Origin: Bdellovibrionales bacterium
Lineage (GTDB): Bacteria > Bdellovibrionota > Bdellovibrionia > Bdellovibrionales > JAGQZY01
DNA: 64,000 nt
Assembly (NCBI GenBank): GCA_964230645.1
Contig: CAXRHT010000002.1
Location: 128,001-192,000, forward strand
Direction of reading: 5' to 3'
Each line of letters begins with the position of its first letter. The stretch's first letter is position 1. The notes beneath the pieces were generated by a model, which had not been told where the DNA came from, ran no database searches, and worked only from the letters and a program-made list of their open reading frames with translations. Both the position numbers and the translations under genes were made by a program. Positions 20,475 to 29,316 of this stretch are shown piece after piece.

Positions 20475-21841
20475 GAGCACCGAGCAACCTATTTTTAATA
20501 ACACTACTAGTTGGGACAAATGTTTGGGCCAGCCAGTGGCGACAAGCGCCCCTTGATTTCAATCCCGAAACCACAACCGAGGAGGCGGTTGATCAAGCTT
20601 ATTCGACAAGAGATTTCCAAGGTATTAAAGCAATAAAGGAATACAATCTTAATCATGAAACCCCACTGAGCTCTTGGCAGGGACTTTATGACTTTGCAGC
20701 TCCTGCAAAGTCGGGTGATTCTATAGAGCCTTGGCTAGCCGAGCATTTTGAATATCGTGGGAATCACTTCCATCGAATTGATATCAGTGATGAAAGGGGA
20801 GCCCTCGTTTTTGCTCAAATCATGCAAGAATATGTTTATGAAGGCTGGTTTACGCCTGAAAACAAAGAAAACTATGATGAACAATTTCGTCGCAATGATT
20901 TAAGGACTTGGTGCACCACACCCTGGATGGTGGATGGTCAGAAAGGTCGAGAGGCCGTTCATGGTCTGACTAAAGAATTTCCCATGCACACCAATCCCAT
21001 TTACCCTGAAGACCAAAATTTTGTGGAAACAGGAGACAAAGGACAGCAACCTTCAAGTTGGGGAACGGCCTATTTTAATAGGCCCGTTTGTGATCTCTAT
21101 GCCGACCTTTTTGGTAGCCAAGATAATCCATTATTTCCTCCCCAGTTTGATATCCACGAGCTGGGTCGCGACAATCCCGATGGCTTTGTTTCCTTTAAAA
21201 TGCTCTTCAATACATTGCAGACATGGAGAAACTATGAGCCTACGCAAGGGGCCTATCACTGGAAAGCTCACGTCAGTAACACCCACTATTCAACAGAGAG
21301 AAAAATTCAGGATATTCCGCACATTCAAATGGATATTTCCATAAAAGATTCAAGGCTTACGGGAACAAAGGAAGAAGTGGATTATTGGGTTATGATTACC
21401 TACGTTTACGACAAAACTTATTATGATGAAGAAATGGATGTCGCTCATCTGCCTGAGGCTTTAAGGCATATGAGGCCCGTGGGTGTGCAATTTGGCTTTG
21501 AGCCTGAAGAGAGCCTCATTTTTGAAGGAGCGAAAACAAACTATATGGAAAACGGAATATCCATCTCAAGTGGCGAAAAAGCTCTTCTCAATGGGCCGGC
21601 TGATAACCCCTATTCTAGTTGCCTAGGGTGTCATGGGGCCGCTGGGTTAGAGAGTGAGCTTGCCACAGAATTGAGATCTCGTTCCTCTGAGTACTCGCAG
21701 CACTCCTACGTTTGGGAATTTACTTTTTTTAAAACGGAAGATTATGTTTCTGTGACTGAAAAATACGGCAAAGGATTTCAGTTCAATCGCCAGGTGGACA
21801 ACGCCTATAAACGTGTCCAGCTCTGGTTTGATCAACTCTAA
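20471..21841 (+). CDS. Exported protein with one CxxCH (putative c-type haem)
   Basis: Signal peptide ending in VWA, CLGCH near the C-terminus, ATGA overlap with the Fic gene. Confidence 0.7.
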   Translation: MRAPSNLFLITLLVGTNVWASQWRQAPLDFNPETTTEEAVDQAYSTRDFQGIKAIKEYNLNHETPLSSWQGLYDFAAPAKSGDSIEPWLAEHFEYRGNHFHRIDISDERGALVFAQIMQEYVYEGWFTPENKENYDEQFRRNDLRTWCTTPWMVDGQKGREAVHGLTKEFPMHTNPIYPEDQNFVETGDKGQQPSSWGTAYFNRPVCDLYADLFGSQDNPLFPPQFDIHELGRDNPDGFVSFKMLFNTLQTWRNYEPTQGAYHWKAHVSNTHYSTERKIQDIPHIQMDISIKDSRLTGTKEEVDYWVMITYVYDKTYYDEEMDVAHLPEALRHMRPVGVQFGFEPEESLIFEGAKTNYMENGISISSGEKALLNGPADNPYSSCLGCHGAAGLESELATELRSRSSEYSQHSYVWEFTFFKTEDYVSVTEKYGKGFQFNRQVDNAYKRVQLWFDQL

Positions 21842-21847
21842 ATATTC

Positions 21848-22600
21848 TTAGGGTCTGCGGCCGCCGTAAAGATGGTATAGCATAAAGTGATCCCCATAGG
21901 ACATTTCATCAGTCTGATAAATGCGTCCTTGTGTTGGCCCCAGGTCACGTCGGTAAAAGACGATGCCACCATTATAACTACCAGAAAAAGAGCCGTAGTG
22001 CATGACGGAGTCATAGTCGTAGTAATTTAGAGCGTGACTTGGTCGAGCGAGCTTTCTGAAGTTGTAACGATTGCTTGGGTGGATATTATTCCACACAATG
22101 ACCAAATGATCATCACGATCGTGACGGTTATGCTCATGAGAAATGCCTAAGGCGTGCATGATCTCATGTTGAAGAGTGCGCTGGCGCCAGCAATTGATTT
22201 TTAAGGGCTGTCTCCCTCCGCGCATTCCTAGAAAAGAAGAACCACACAGGTTCTCGTTAGTGTCTTGCACATAGATATAGTTTCTATCCTGAGAGCGACG
22301 TGGCAGACAACGAATATCAGCAAACTCTCCCACTCTTTGGCAAGCTGATAAAAAGAGGTTACGCCTTGAAGTGCTCACGTTTGGAGAAAATTGGTACCAT
22401 AGAATCCCACCGGTCCAGAGCCTCACACCGGAGTCTTTGACGGCCCGATTATCAACAGGAGAGTTTTCGTCAAGAAGTGCGCTGGTGGGAACGTACATGT
22501 CGCCGATTTGTACATACTCTTGATCGTCAAAAACTTCACTGTCTTGTGAAAAAGAATTCAAAGAAAAAATAAACAAACTAAATAGTATAAGAAATTTCAT
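21848..22600 (-). CDS. Secreted astacin-family (M12A) metalloprotease
   Basis: HEIMHALGISHEHNRHDRD and Met-turn SVMHY; signal peptide and short propeptide. Confidence 0.9.
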   Translation of the reverse strand: MKFLILFSLFIFSLNSFSQDSEVFDDQEYVQIGDMYVPTSALLDENSPVDNRAVKDSGVRLWTGGILWYQFSPNVSTSRRNLFLSACQRVGEFADIRCLPRRSQDRNYIYVQDTNENLCGSSFLGMRGGRQPLKINCWRQRTLQHEIMHALGISHEHNRHDRDDHLVIVWNNIHPSNRYNFRKLARPSHALNYYDYDSVMHYGSFSGSYNGGIVFYRRDLGPTQGRIYQTDEMSYGDHFMLYHLYGGRRP

Positions 22601-22857
22601 GATTGCCCCCCGCAAGATGAGTCTTTATTTTATAACGAAACAAGGCGTCTCTAGCGGGAAAGCCAATTCCAAGACCATTTTGCGACTCTTAGTCTGTCAT
22701 CTTAAAAACGGGACCAAACGACAGTAGCAAGCCTTTGGTAAGCCGCCTCCCTAGACCTTTTCGTTTCGCCTACAAACTAAAAGTCATTCACACGAAAAGG
22801 TGTCAGGCTCTGAATTCTTATGTCAGTAATTTTTTTGACTGGTTAAACTATTTTTCT

Positions 22858-22885
22858 TAAGTCACCTTAGTCTTTATTCCGATAA
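22858..22885 (+). promoter_or_regulatory. Putative FliA (sigma28) promoter
   Basis: TAAG-N16-TCCGATAA upstream of a GAGG SD and ATG 22903. Confidence 0.5.
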
Positions 22886-22902
22886 TAAAGGCGAGGTGTA
22901 AG

Positions 22903-24495
22903 ATGAAGAGAAATTATGTCCTTATAGCAATCGTTGTTTTCTTAATGCCTGTTTTTTTTATTGTGCTTAATAAAAAAGACACTCAAAAACAGGCCGATCA
23001 AGCGATTAAAGAAGGTCGCTCCATTGCCTCACTCGGGGAAGGTTCCTCAGAAAACCAGTGTCATGGCACACCTCTTCGGACCACTGATGCTAGAGCTGTA
23101 ATGGCTTGGATGCGCAACAACAACAATCGTGTTCGGAGCATTGATGATCTTCTCTGCTGTATGCCTGAGTCTTTTCGCAGTGGCTATCTGATCGCACACT
23201 CCAGCCTGTCAGCGCAAAGATCTCACTACAACAATCCACGTTTGATTTTTGGAAACATCGAAAACGGTATTATGTTTTCAATCAGTGGAGGAGACTCCAA
23301 TATGCCGCAGGGGCAAAATGTCGAGGTGATGTTTGATAATCCGATGACAGGACAACTCGAACTCTTCGATATTGAATTCAATGAGGACGGACGACGCCAT
23401 AGCTCTCGTCCGAACCCTAGCGAGTGTATCTCTTGTCATGGCTCCAATGGGCGCTTAGGGGAGGGGGGACCGAGACCAGTTTTTAACCTGTTACCATGGC
23501 CAAGAATGTTTGTGGACAATAAAGATGCCTTCTTAGACGTCTGCCCTGAACGGGCCGGCTACCTGCGTGAGGTGCAAGATCTTACTTTCAATGCCATCAA
23601 TAATAATCCCCGTTTTCGTTGTCTAACTCCCCCCTCCGAAGCCAATGTTACTGATGGAATCATCGATTCCGCCTTGGAAGATCGCAATGAAGAGCGAGTG
23701 ATTCGAGAGATGAGAGCAAGCACAGATTTTCACTATTATGAGCCCTTACTCGTTGGAGCCTCCTTAGGCTGCTTAGGCAGAACCAATGGTCCGATGGGAG
23801 ATGTTGTTATCCCAACACCCTTAGAAAACTGGCTTCCCGCCGATCAACAGGGAGTGTTCGATCAAAGAAATTTTCTTCGTCCGCCGTTTAATCAAATAAA
23901 TCCTCAAGCTCTCCCAGCAGAATTAGTCAGACAATCAGCCCGTGTTGACGGCGTGCACTTGCAGGAGGAGGCTACTTTTAGAAATCTAAGATCCGAACTG
24001 GCGCAAGGTCGATTTCCACCTATGCCAGCTGGTGTAGGTTTAGGTTCCTGCTCGAATGGCGAAGCTCCCACGGGAACGCCTGTGCGACAATTCGGAGAGC
24101 AGATTAACAACCTACCATCGAATCAAGGTGCATTTATTGCGGACTCTTTGAATGAGCAGTTTCGAAGAGGAACTCCTTTCAACCCCGCTGCACGACAGAA
24201 TTACCTGACCGAAGGCATTGTGCGCTGGTTGTTTGAGAGTCGTGGTGTGGAAGCATCGGGATGGAATATGAGGCCCACACCAGGTTATGAAAGAAGTCTC
24301 GCCGATTCGGTAATGAGAACTTTCTTAGCTCGTGACTATCAAGAAATTTATAATCGCTTAGCTGAACAACGTGGGCCTGACGAAGCCTTAGATCGTGATC
24401 TTTTGAACGCCTGTCGAGAACTTTCCGAGCGTTCTTTAAGAGGATTTCGAAGAGGGCAAGGTGACTCAGAAGACTCTCCCGAATCGACTCAATAG
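22903..24495 (+). CDS. Membrane-anchored or exported protein with one CxxCH
   Basis: N-terminal hydrophobic segment, CISCH, additional Cys. Confidence 0.7.
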   Translation: MKRNYVLIAIVVFLMPVFFIVLNKKDTQKQADQAIKEGRSIASLGEGSSENQCHGTPLRTTDARAVMAWMRNNNNRVRSIDDLLCCMPESFRSGYLIAHSSLSAQRSHYNNPRLIFGNIENGIMFSISGGDSNMPQGQNVEVMFDNPMTGQLELFDIEFNEDGRRHSSRPNPSECISCHGSNGRLGEGGPRPVFNLLPWPRMFVDNKDAFLDVCPERAGYLREVQDLTFNAINNNPRFRCLTPPSEANVTDGIIDSALEDRNEERVIREMRASTDFHYYEPLLVGASLGCLGRTNGPMGDVVIPTPLENWLPADQQGVFDQRNFLRPPFNQINPQALPAELVRQSARVDGVHLQEEATFRNLRSELAQGRFPPMPAGVGLGSCSNGEAPTGTPVRQFGEQINNLPSNQGAFIADSLNEQFRRGTPFNPAARQNYLTEGIVRWLFESRGVEASGWNMRPTPGYERSLADSVMRTFLARDYQEIYNRLAEQRGPDEALDRDLLNACRELSERSLRGFRRGQGDSEDSPESTQ

Positions 24496-24687
24496 AGCAA
24501 AAATGTTTTCTTTTGAGAAAAAAGAACAAGACTACCTTTGTTGATTTTCTTTGAACAAGTAATGATCAATTGTCTTCTCACTAACAGACGTGTTTCAAAG
24601 GGAAGCACTCAAGACGAACTGGTAGAAGATGGCCCCTTTGTATGTGGCAGCTAGATTGCTTCTTAATAGGGTGGATGAGGGCTATTG

Positions 24688-25098
24688 ATGAAGATAGAGA
24701 AATTTAATGTAAAAATATTCTTGCTTTTTTTTATGGTGTTCTCGCTCGCGCAGACCACTCAAGCCAAGAGTACAAAGAAAAAAAAGAATTTTCTCGCCAG
24801 TAAAATAAATGATGCTGTTGAACGATCCAATCAGGAGCAAAAGCGCATCAAAGTGCGTTTTGACGAGGAAGCCGACCAACGCATAAGTAGTTGGACGGAA
24901 GAGGATATTGAAGCGATAGAAATTAAACATGGAGCTTCGACTTTACGAGGTGCCAACCTGGGAAAACCGGATTTTACTCTCGATCAAGGAGGGGAGGATC
25001 AAAGTGGTTTGAATCAGTTGCGCAGCGATGTGGAGGAAGAGCCCATTCATATAGATTTTGATGAAGAACTAAGAGAGGTGAGCTCCACGAAGGACTAA
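24688..25098 (+). CDS. Hypothetical secreted acidic protein
   Basis: GAGG SD, signal peptide, followed by a terminator. Confidence 0.7.
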   Translation: MKIEKFNVKIFLLFFMVFSLAQTTQAKSTKKKKNFLASKINDAVERSNQEQKRIKVRFDEEADQRISSWTEEDIEAIEIKHGASTLRGANLGKPDFTLDQGGEDQSGLNQLRSDVEEEPIHIDFDEELREVSSTKD

Positions 25099-25140
25099 TC
25101 TCTCTGGTATTTGGTGTTATAGCCAACTAGCCCTCTTCTG

Positions 25141-25177
25141 AGCCATGGGTGTCGCCAAAACCCCATGGCTTTTTTTT
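25141..25177 (+). terminator. Intrinsic terminator
   Basis: AGCCATGGG...CCCATGGCT followed by a T-run. Confidence 0.8.
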
Positions 25178-25304
25178 ATTTCTCTTGCTTCATATTTAAA
25201 ATCTTAGACTCGGTCGTGGGGTTTTGAAAACTTATTGTCCAAAGTATGATTAAATTTGTCGCCTAGAGTATCACTAACTTGTTGTCCAAAGCATGATTGA
25301 ACTT

Positions 25305-25397
25305 GTCGTCCTGAGCGTAGCGAAGGACCTTTGCCGAGGGCCGCGATTGATAATGTGAACTTAGTGGCTATAGATTCTTCGCTACGCTCAGAATGAC
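25305..25397. repeat. 93-bp GTC-tagged palindromic element (long form) with decayed half-units on both sides (about 25231-25440)
   Basis: Arms GTCGTCCTGAGCGTAGCGAAGGACCT and AGATTCTTCGCTACGCTCAGAATGAC around a 41-bp core. Confidence 0.9.
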
Positions 25398-25592
25398 CGT
25401 GGATACGTTCAGAATGACCGTGGGTATGCTCAGACTGACTACTCAATCTCAAATTGAGAATTGCGACGAACTTTTTAGCGCACGCAAAAACTTTCAATAC
25501 AATTTCACGATCTAATCAAAATGAGAGCCGTCTCAGCATGGATTAGAAATTGCACTAATACAAGTTAAGGAAAGGCGTATTGGGGGGATCGA

Positions 25593-27134
25593 ATGGATCG
25601 AATTCGTGCAGTATTTTTACTGATTCTATCAACACTATTATTATCCGGATGTGGTGGAATATTTTCCGCACTGCTCGGAAATGGTGGTGTGACTTATAAT
25701 AGTATCCAAGACGACATCGCAAGATTAAACGGACAAGACTCTTTAGACGATGGACTTGTACCGGGCACTGGTGACGGATCGAATATTAATGACGATGGCC
25801 TAACAGGTGATGGTTCAACAGATGGTGACGGTGGTCGCAATGACGACAAGCCTTGCTGTGACACTCCTGGGGGCGATGCGAATCGCGAAGTGACCCAGTT
25901 TGATTTAGATACCGTCAGCGTTCCAAATTGTCATGTGGGTGAAATAGACATTCTTAAATATGGACTTGTCTGCCACGACACTCTTCCACTGATTGCCACA
26001 TTAAAAGATCAAAACGGTGAGAAGTTGATAAAGAGTTTTGGAACTCTAAAAACCAACCCTGATCTAGTCGAAGAGTTGAAAGCTCTTAAAAACAATACCA
26101 GTTTCTCTGGAGACTCAGTTGAGCTTTTCTTATGTTTAGACGGCAATAAGAATAACAGCTGTATGGACGAGAGGGTAGGAGATCTTGAAAGCCTCTCTAA
26201 GCGATTGGCTAAATTCATACGTCGAAGTGCCGAAGATCAAGGTTTTGAGCTTGCAGGACGAAATCATCATAAAGATGATGATGACGATGATTATTATCAA
26301 AACGAGAAAAATCCAATTCGGGAAAATTTCGGGAAAAATGTAAGAGAACTGCTCACAACTCTTCATGAAGAATGGAATAAGCACAGTGTCGATAAGCTAT
26401 GTGCAAATGATGAAATTTCTGAGATGGCTCAAGGAATGGTTCTCTATCATAGTCGTCACAAAATAGGTGATACGGAAGATTTTTCACCCAGTGCCATCGT
26501 TGCGAGGGGTACGACTGAAGTGGTTGAAAGCTACATTCAAAATATAAAGAAAAAAGAACTTCCTGGAGAATATGTTAAAGAAGCTCTAGAAAATGCGACA
26601 CCTCAGTTTATTCTGGTCGAATACGATACGGAATACTGTAAAGAAATTGGGGGAAGAATGAATGGAGGTTGCTTTGTTAAAGGAACCGAAATCAAAACAG
26701 GCGAGACAACTTCTCTTGATGTCGAGTTAATCCGTGCAGGAGACGAAATTCTTTTAGCCAATGGTAAATACACCCGTGTCACTGAAGTGGTCAAAGGGCC
26801 CGAGGAAAAGCCCGTTTTAGAGTTTACTTTATCTAATAAAAAGAAGGTGACCGTCACAGAAACCCATCCAATGCTCACTCAGCGCGGACTGCTTCAAGCT
26901 AAGGAAGTCAGCCCTGGTGATCAATTTAAAACTCAAAATCAATGGATCGCGGTTGAGTCGGTGAAAGCTAAAAAGTATAAGGATCAGGTTTACAATATTG
27001 TCCTTTTCGGAGATAGCTTTGAGCAGCACCTGCTGATTTCAAATGATATCGTGACCGGGGACCTTTTCTTACAGCGTAAGCTCAGTGAGCAAAAAGAGAT
27101 GATGCTCTACTTTGTGAATCTCGATTCTTACTAA
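25593..27134 (+). CDS. Lipoprotein with a C-terminal Hint (intein-like) domain
   Basis: Lipobox LSG-C; Hint start GG/CFVKGT at nt 26670; block B VTETHP; VYNI...HLLISNDIVTGD. Confidence 0.85.
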   Translation: MDRIRAVFLLILSTLLLSGCGGIFSALLGNGGVTYNSIQDDIARLNGQDSLDDGLVPGTGDGSNINDDGLTGDGSTDGDGGRNDDKPCCDTPGGDANREVTQFDLDTVSVPNCHVGEIDILKYGLVCHDTLPLIATLKDQNGEKLIKSFGTLKTNPDLVEELKALKNNTSFSGDSVELFLCLDGNKNNSCMDERVGDLESLSKRLAKFIRRSAEDQGFELAGRNHHKDDDDDDYYQNEKNPIRENFGKNVRELLTTLHEEWNKHSVDKLCANDEISEMAQGMVLYHSRHKIGDTEDFSPSAIVARGTTEVVESYIQNIKKKELPGEYVKEALENATPQFILVEYDTEYCKEIGGRMNGGCFVKGTEIKTGETTSLDVELIRAGDEILLANGKYTRVTEVVKGPEEKPVLEFTLSNKKKVTVTETHPMLTQRGLLQAKEVSPGDQFKTQNQWIAVESVKAKKYKDQVYNIVLFGDSFEQHLLISNDIVTGDLFLQRKLSEQKEMMLYFVNLDSY

Positions 27135-27159
27135 GAAAATAACTCTTGAGAAATTTATC

Positions 27160-27188
27160 AAACCGGAGGCAAGACCTCCGGTTTTTTA
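27160..27188 (+). terminator. Intrinsic terminator
   Basis: AACCGGAGG-CAAGA-CCTCCGGTT followed by a T-run. Confidence 0.85.
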
Positions 27189-27253
27189 TTAAGTGATATT
27201 GTCTCCTGAGTAACACTTTCATTCTTCGCCACACTGTCATTCTGAGTAACACT

Positions 27254-27346
27254 GTCATTCTGAGCGTAGCGAAGAATCTTTCGCCGCTGAGCTAAAGTTA
27301 TCAACCATAGTCCTCCGCAAAGATCCTTCGCTACGCTCAGGATGAC
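27254..27346. repeat. 93-bp GTC-tagged palindromic element (long form, core inverted relative to the 25305 copy)
   Basis: GTCATTCTGAGCGTAGCGAAGAATCT...AGATCCTTCGCTACGCTCAGGATGAC with tandem half-units. Confidence 0.9.
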
Positions 27347-27404
27347 AGTGGGCTCAAAGTGACAATACCCTCAGGTTAACAGTTGGAATCTAGAATTTTA
27401 TACA

Positions 27405-27944
27405 TTAAAGAATCAGCTTTCTCATTTCATCCTGAGAATAAACAAAGTCAGCGTAAATCATGGTGTTGGTGATATTGCGGTGTCCAAGGGCAAGCTGCAA
27501 AAGTCTGATGTCTTTTACTTTCTTATAAAGACGAATAGCGAAAGTGTGTCTTAGACAGTGAAACTTCTTTTTCACAGGTCGGTAATGCTCCCATATCTGT
27601 CTTAAGCGATGGTAGCTAATATCAAAGAGTTCCTCGCTTTTAATCGACTTAGAATAGGCTTCAAGGGCGTCGAAGAGCCAAGTGGGAAGAGGGATTTCTC
27701 GGTCATTGGAGCCCTTGATTCCTCTAATAAAGACACTCTGATCGTAAACGTTGAGGTCTTCCTTACGAATATTAAGAAGCTCCGTGGCTCGAGCCCCCGT
27801 ATGCATAGCTAAATAAAGCAAAAGGCAGTTTCTGGGCTCTTTCAGAACATAGCGTTTCAAGAGCACTTCAAGATGCTTATACTCTGGATCCAGTAGGAAC
27901 TTATTCTTGTTGATGGCGTAGGGCTTTGAGTGACGTGAACTCAT
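27405..27944 (-). CDS. Minimal tyrosine recombinase (catalytic domain only, about 179 aa)
   Basis: GARATEL (R), RGIKG (K), HCLRHTFA (HxxR), LGH and TMIY (Y). Start moved to ATG 27944. Confidence 0.9.
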   Translation of the reverse strand: MSSRHSKPYAINKNKFLLDPEYKHLEVLLKRYVLKEPRNCLLLYLAMHTGARATELLNIRKEDLNVYDQSVFIRGIKGSNDREIPLPTWLFDALEAYSKSIKSEELFDISYHRLRQIWEHYRPVKKKFHCLRHTFAIRLYKKVKDIRLLQLALGHRNITNTMIYADFVYSQDEMRKLIL

Positions 27945-28079
27945 AGACTCATGACATGATGGAATGATAAAGAAGTCAATAAAGCTCTTCTGTCGAATTC
28001 GTTGACGAAGCACTTTGACACCTCTGTAAGCTTTTCAGACAGAGTAGGGTTTAGGCTTTGGCTCGTCTATATTCATTTT

Positions 28080-28931
28080 ATGCACAAAATCCTGCTTTTC
28101 TGCCTGCTACTGGGCGTTTTTGGATCTAGTTCCACCGCCTTTTCCCGAGCGAAGTGTTTGCAGGTCTTTACTAAAAAAGAAGAGGTTAAAGTCTCAGATA
28201 TCCATTTCACCCAGGATTTTATAGGAGTGGCTTGGGCTTTAACAAAACTGAACAATCTGCAGAAAAAGTATAAAAAATGGCAAAAGAACCACGAGGATGG
28301 CAACGCCGGTCAATATATCCTGCAGAGAACACGTAAAAAGAAAAGCATCCCAGCTATACGCGATATTCAAGGAAATATCAGGATTGTGGACAATCACCAT
28401 AGTTTCTTTAGCTATATGATGCTGCTTCTTGGTAGCCCAAAGGGAGAAGTGGTTGTGAGTATCGAAAAAGACTACACCACCCTCAATGGTCAGAGCATGA
28501 GGCCCTGGACACCGGAAGAATTTATGATCGATATGCAGGCCAATAACTGGGTGAATTTCATGGATTCCGATCGGCCAAACTGGGATGAACTTCAGGGGCT
28601 TCCGACTCGAATTGAGGACCTCAATGACAACCCCCTAAGATCCCTTCTCAGTATGACTTTACGGGCTCTACCAGTGCCGCTTAAGGGATCCGATTTTATC
28701 AATCATGGACAAAATGTGATTCTCGGTTTCATCGGGCCAAGGGTACAGGAAATTTCCGGCGAGGGGGCTGATCCTGTGAGTAAAAAAAATATCGAAAATC
28801 TCCGCGATATGATTTTAGAAGGGCGGCAAATTCTTGAAGAAATTCGAGCCAATTTGTCGCCTGATTTGGGTTCAAAAAGGCGAGAGAAAATCGAAGAATT
28901 TCTCGAAGAGGCCATTGAAAATTTGAGTTAA
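28080..28931 (+). CDS. Exported ParB/Srx-like putative nuclease (ParBc_2-like)
   Basis: IHFTQDFIG, IVDNHH, LPTRIEDLNDNPLRSL; signal peptide starting at ATG 28080. Confidence 0.7.
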   Translation: MHKILLFCLLLGVFGSSSTAFSRAKCLQVFTKKEEVKVSDIHFTQDFIGVAWALTKLNNLQKKYKKWQKNHEDGNAGQYILQRTRKKKSIPAIRDIQGNIRIVDNHHSFFSYMMLLLGSPKGEVVVSIEKDYTTLNGQSMRPWTPEEFMIDMQANNWVNFMDSDRPNWDELQGLPTRIEDLNDNPLRSLLSMTLRALPVPLKGSDFINHGQNVILGFIGPRVQEISGEGADPVSKKNIENLRDMILEGRQILEEIRANLSPDLGSKRREKIEEFLEEAIENLS

Positions 28932-29103
28932 AAAAACGATTCAAGAAAACGGGATAAAAAAAGTGAAAAATTGATCCCTAATGGATGCTTAAAAATTAAG
29001 CGCTTCAAAATGAGATTTACCTAGCCCTTACCCTTCGTTTTGGTCTCGCCTCACAGAGGGCAAATTTGGAAGCCTCAGGCAATCAATTAAAATAACCTAA
29101 TAA

Positions 29104-29210
29104 TTTCAATAAGTTAGTATTACATCTTATAACTATAAGTGTGAATTTGTCCATTTTGAGGCGATCATCTCAAGAGAAAATACGAAATACCGAGTAAAAT
29201 CAATGACTTA
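29104..29210 (+). promoter_or_regulatory. Two IHF-like sites bracketing a palindrome
   Basis: AATCAATGACTTA (29198-29210) matches WATCAANNNNTTR exactly; TTTCAATAAGTTA (29104-29116) has one mismatch; CTTATA-AC-TATAAG lies at 29126-29139. Confidence 0.45.
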
Positions 29211-29316
29211 CAAAGATTCTCCTGCTCTTAAGCTATAACATATTGCGTATCGCAACTAGTAATACAGTGAAATACAATATAAAAACAAACAAAACACAAC
29301 GTAGGGTAGGGTTAAA

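Noticed and set aside
22620..22850. Possible riboswitch or ncRNA in the divergent intergenic region
   Set aside because: I could not match the c-di-GMP-I or other aptamer consensus by eye; an Infernal/Rfam scan would be needed.
25204..25497. ORF-track ORFs over repeat clusters (also the 44245-44403 extension, 46015-46302 and 63404-63634)
   Set aside because: They largely translate the palindromic repeats (HSERSEES, LRMT) or lie antisense to real genes.
26670..27134. Canonical splicing intein
   Set aside because: It lacks the terminal His-Asn plus Cys/Ser/Thr and has no endonuclease domain, so it is reported as a Hint domain instead.
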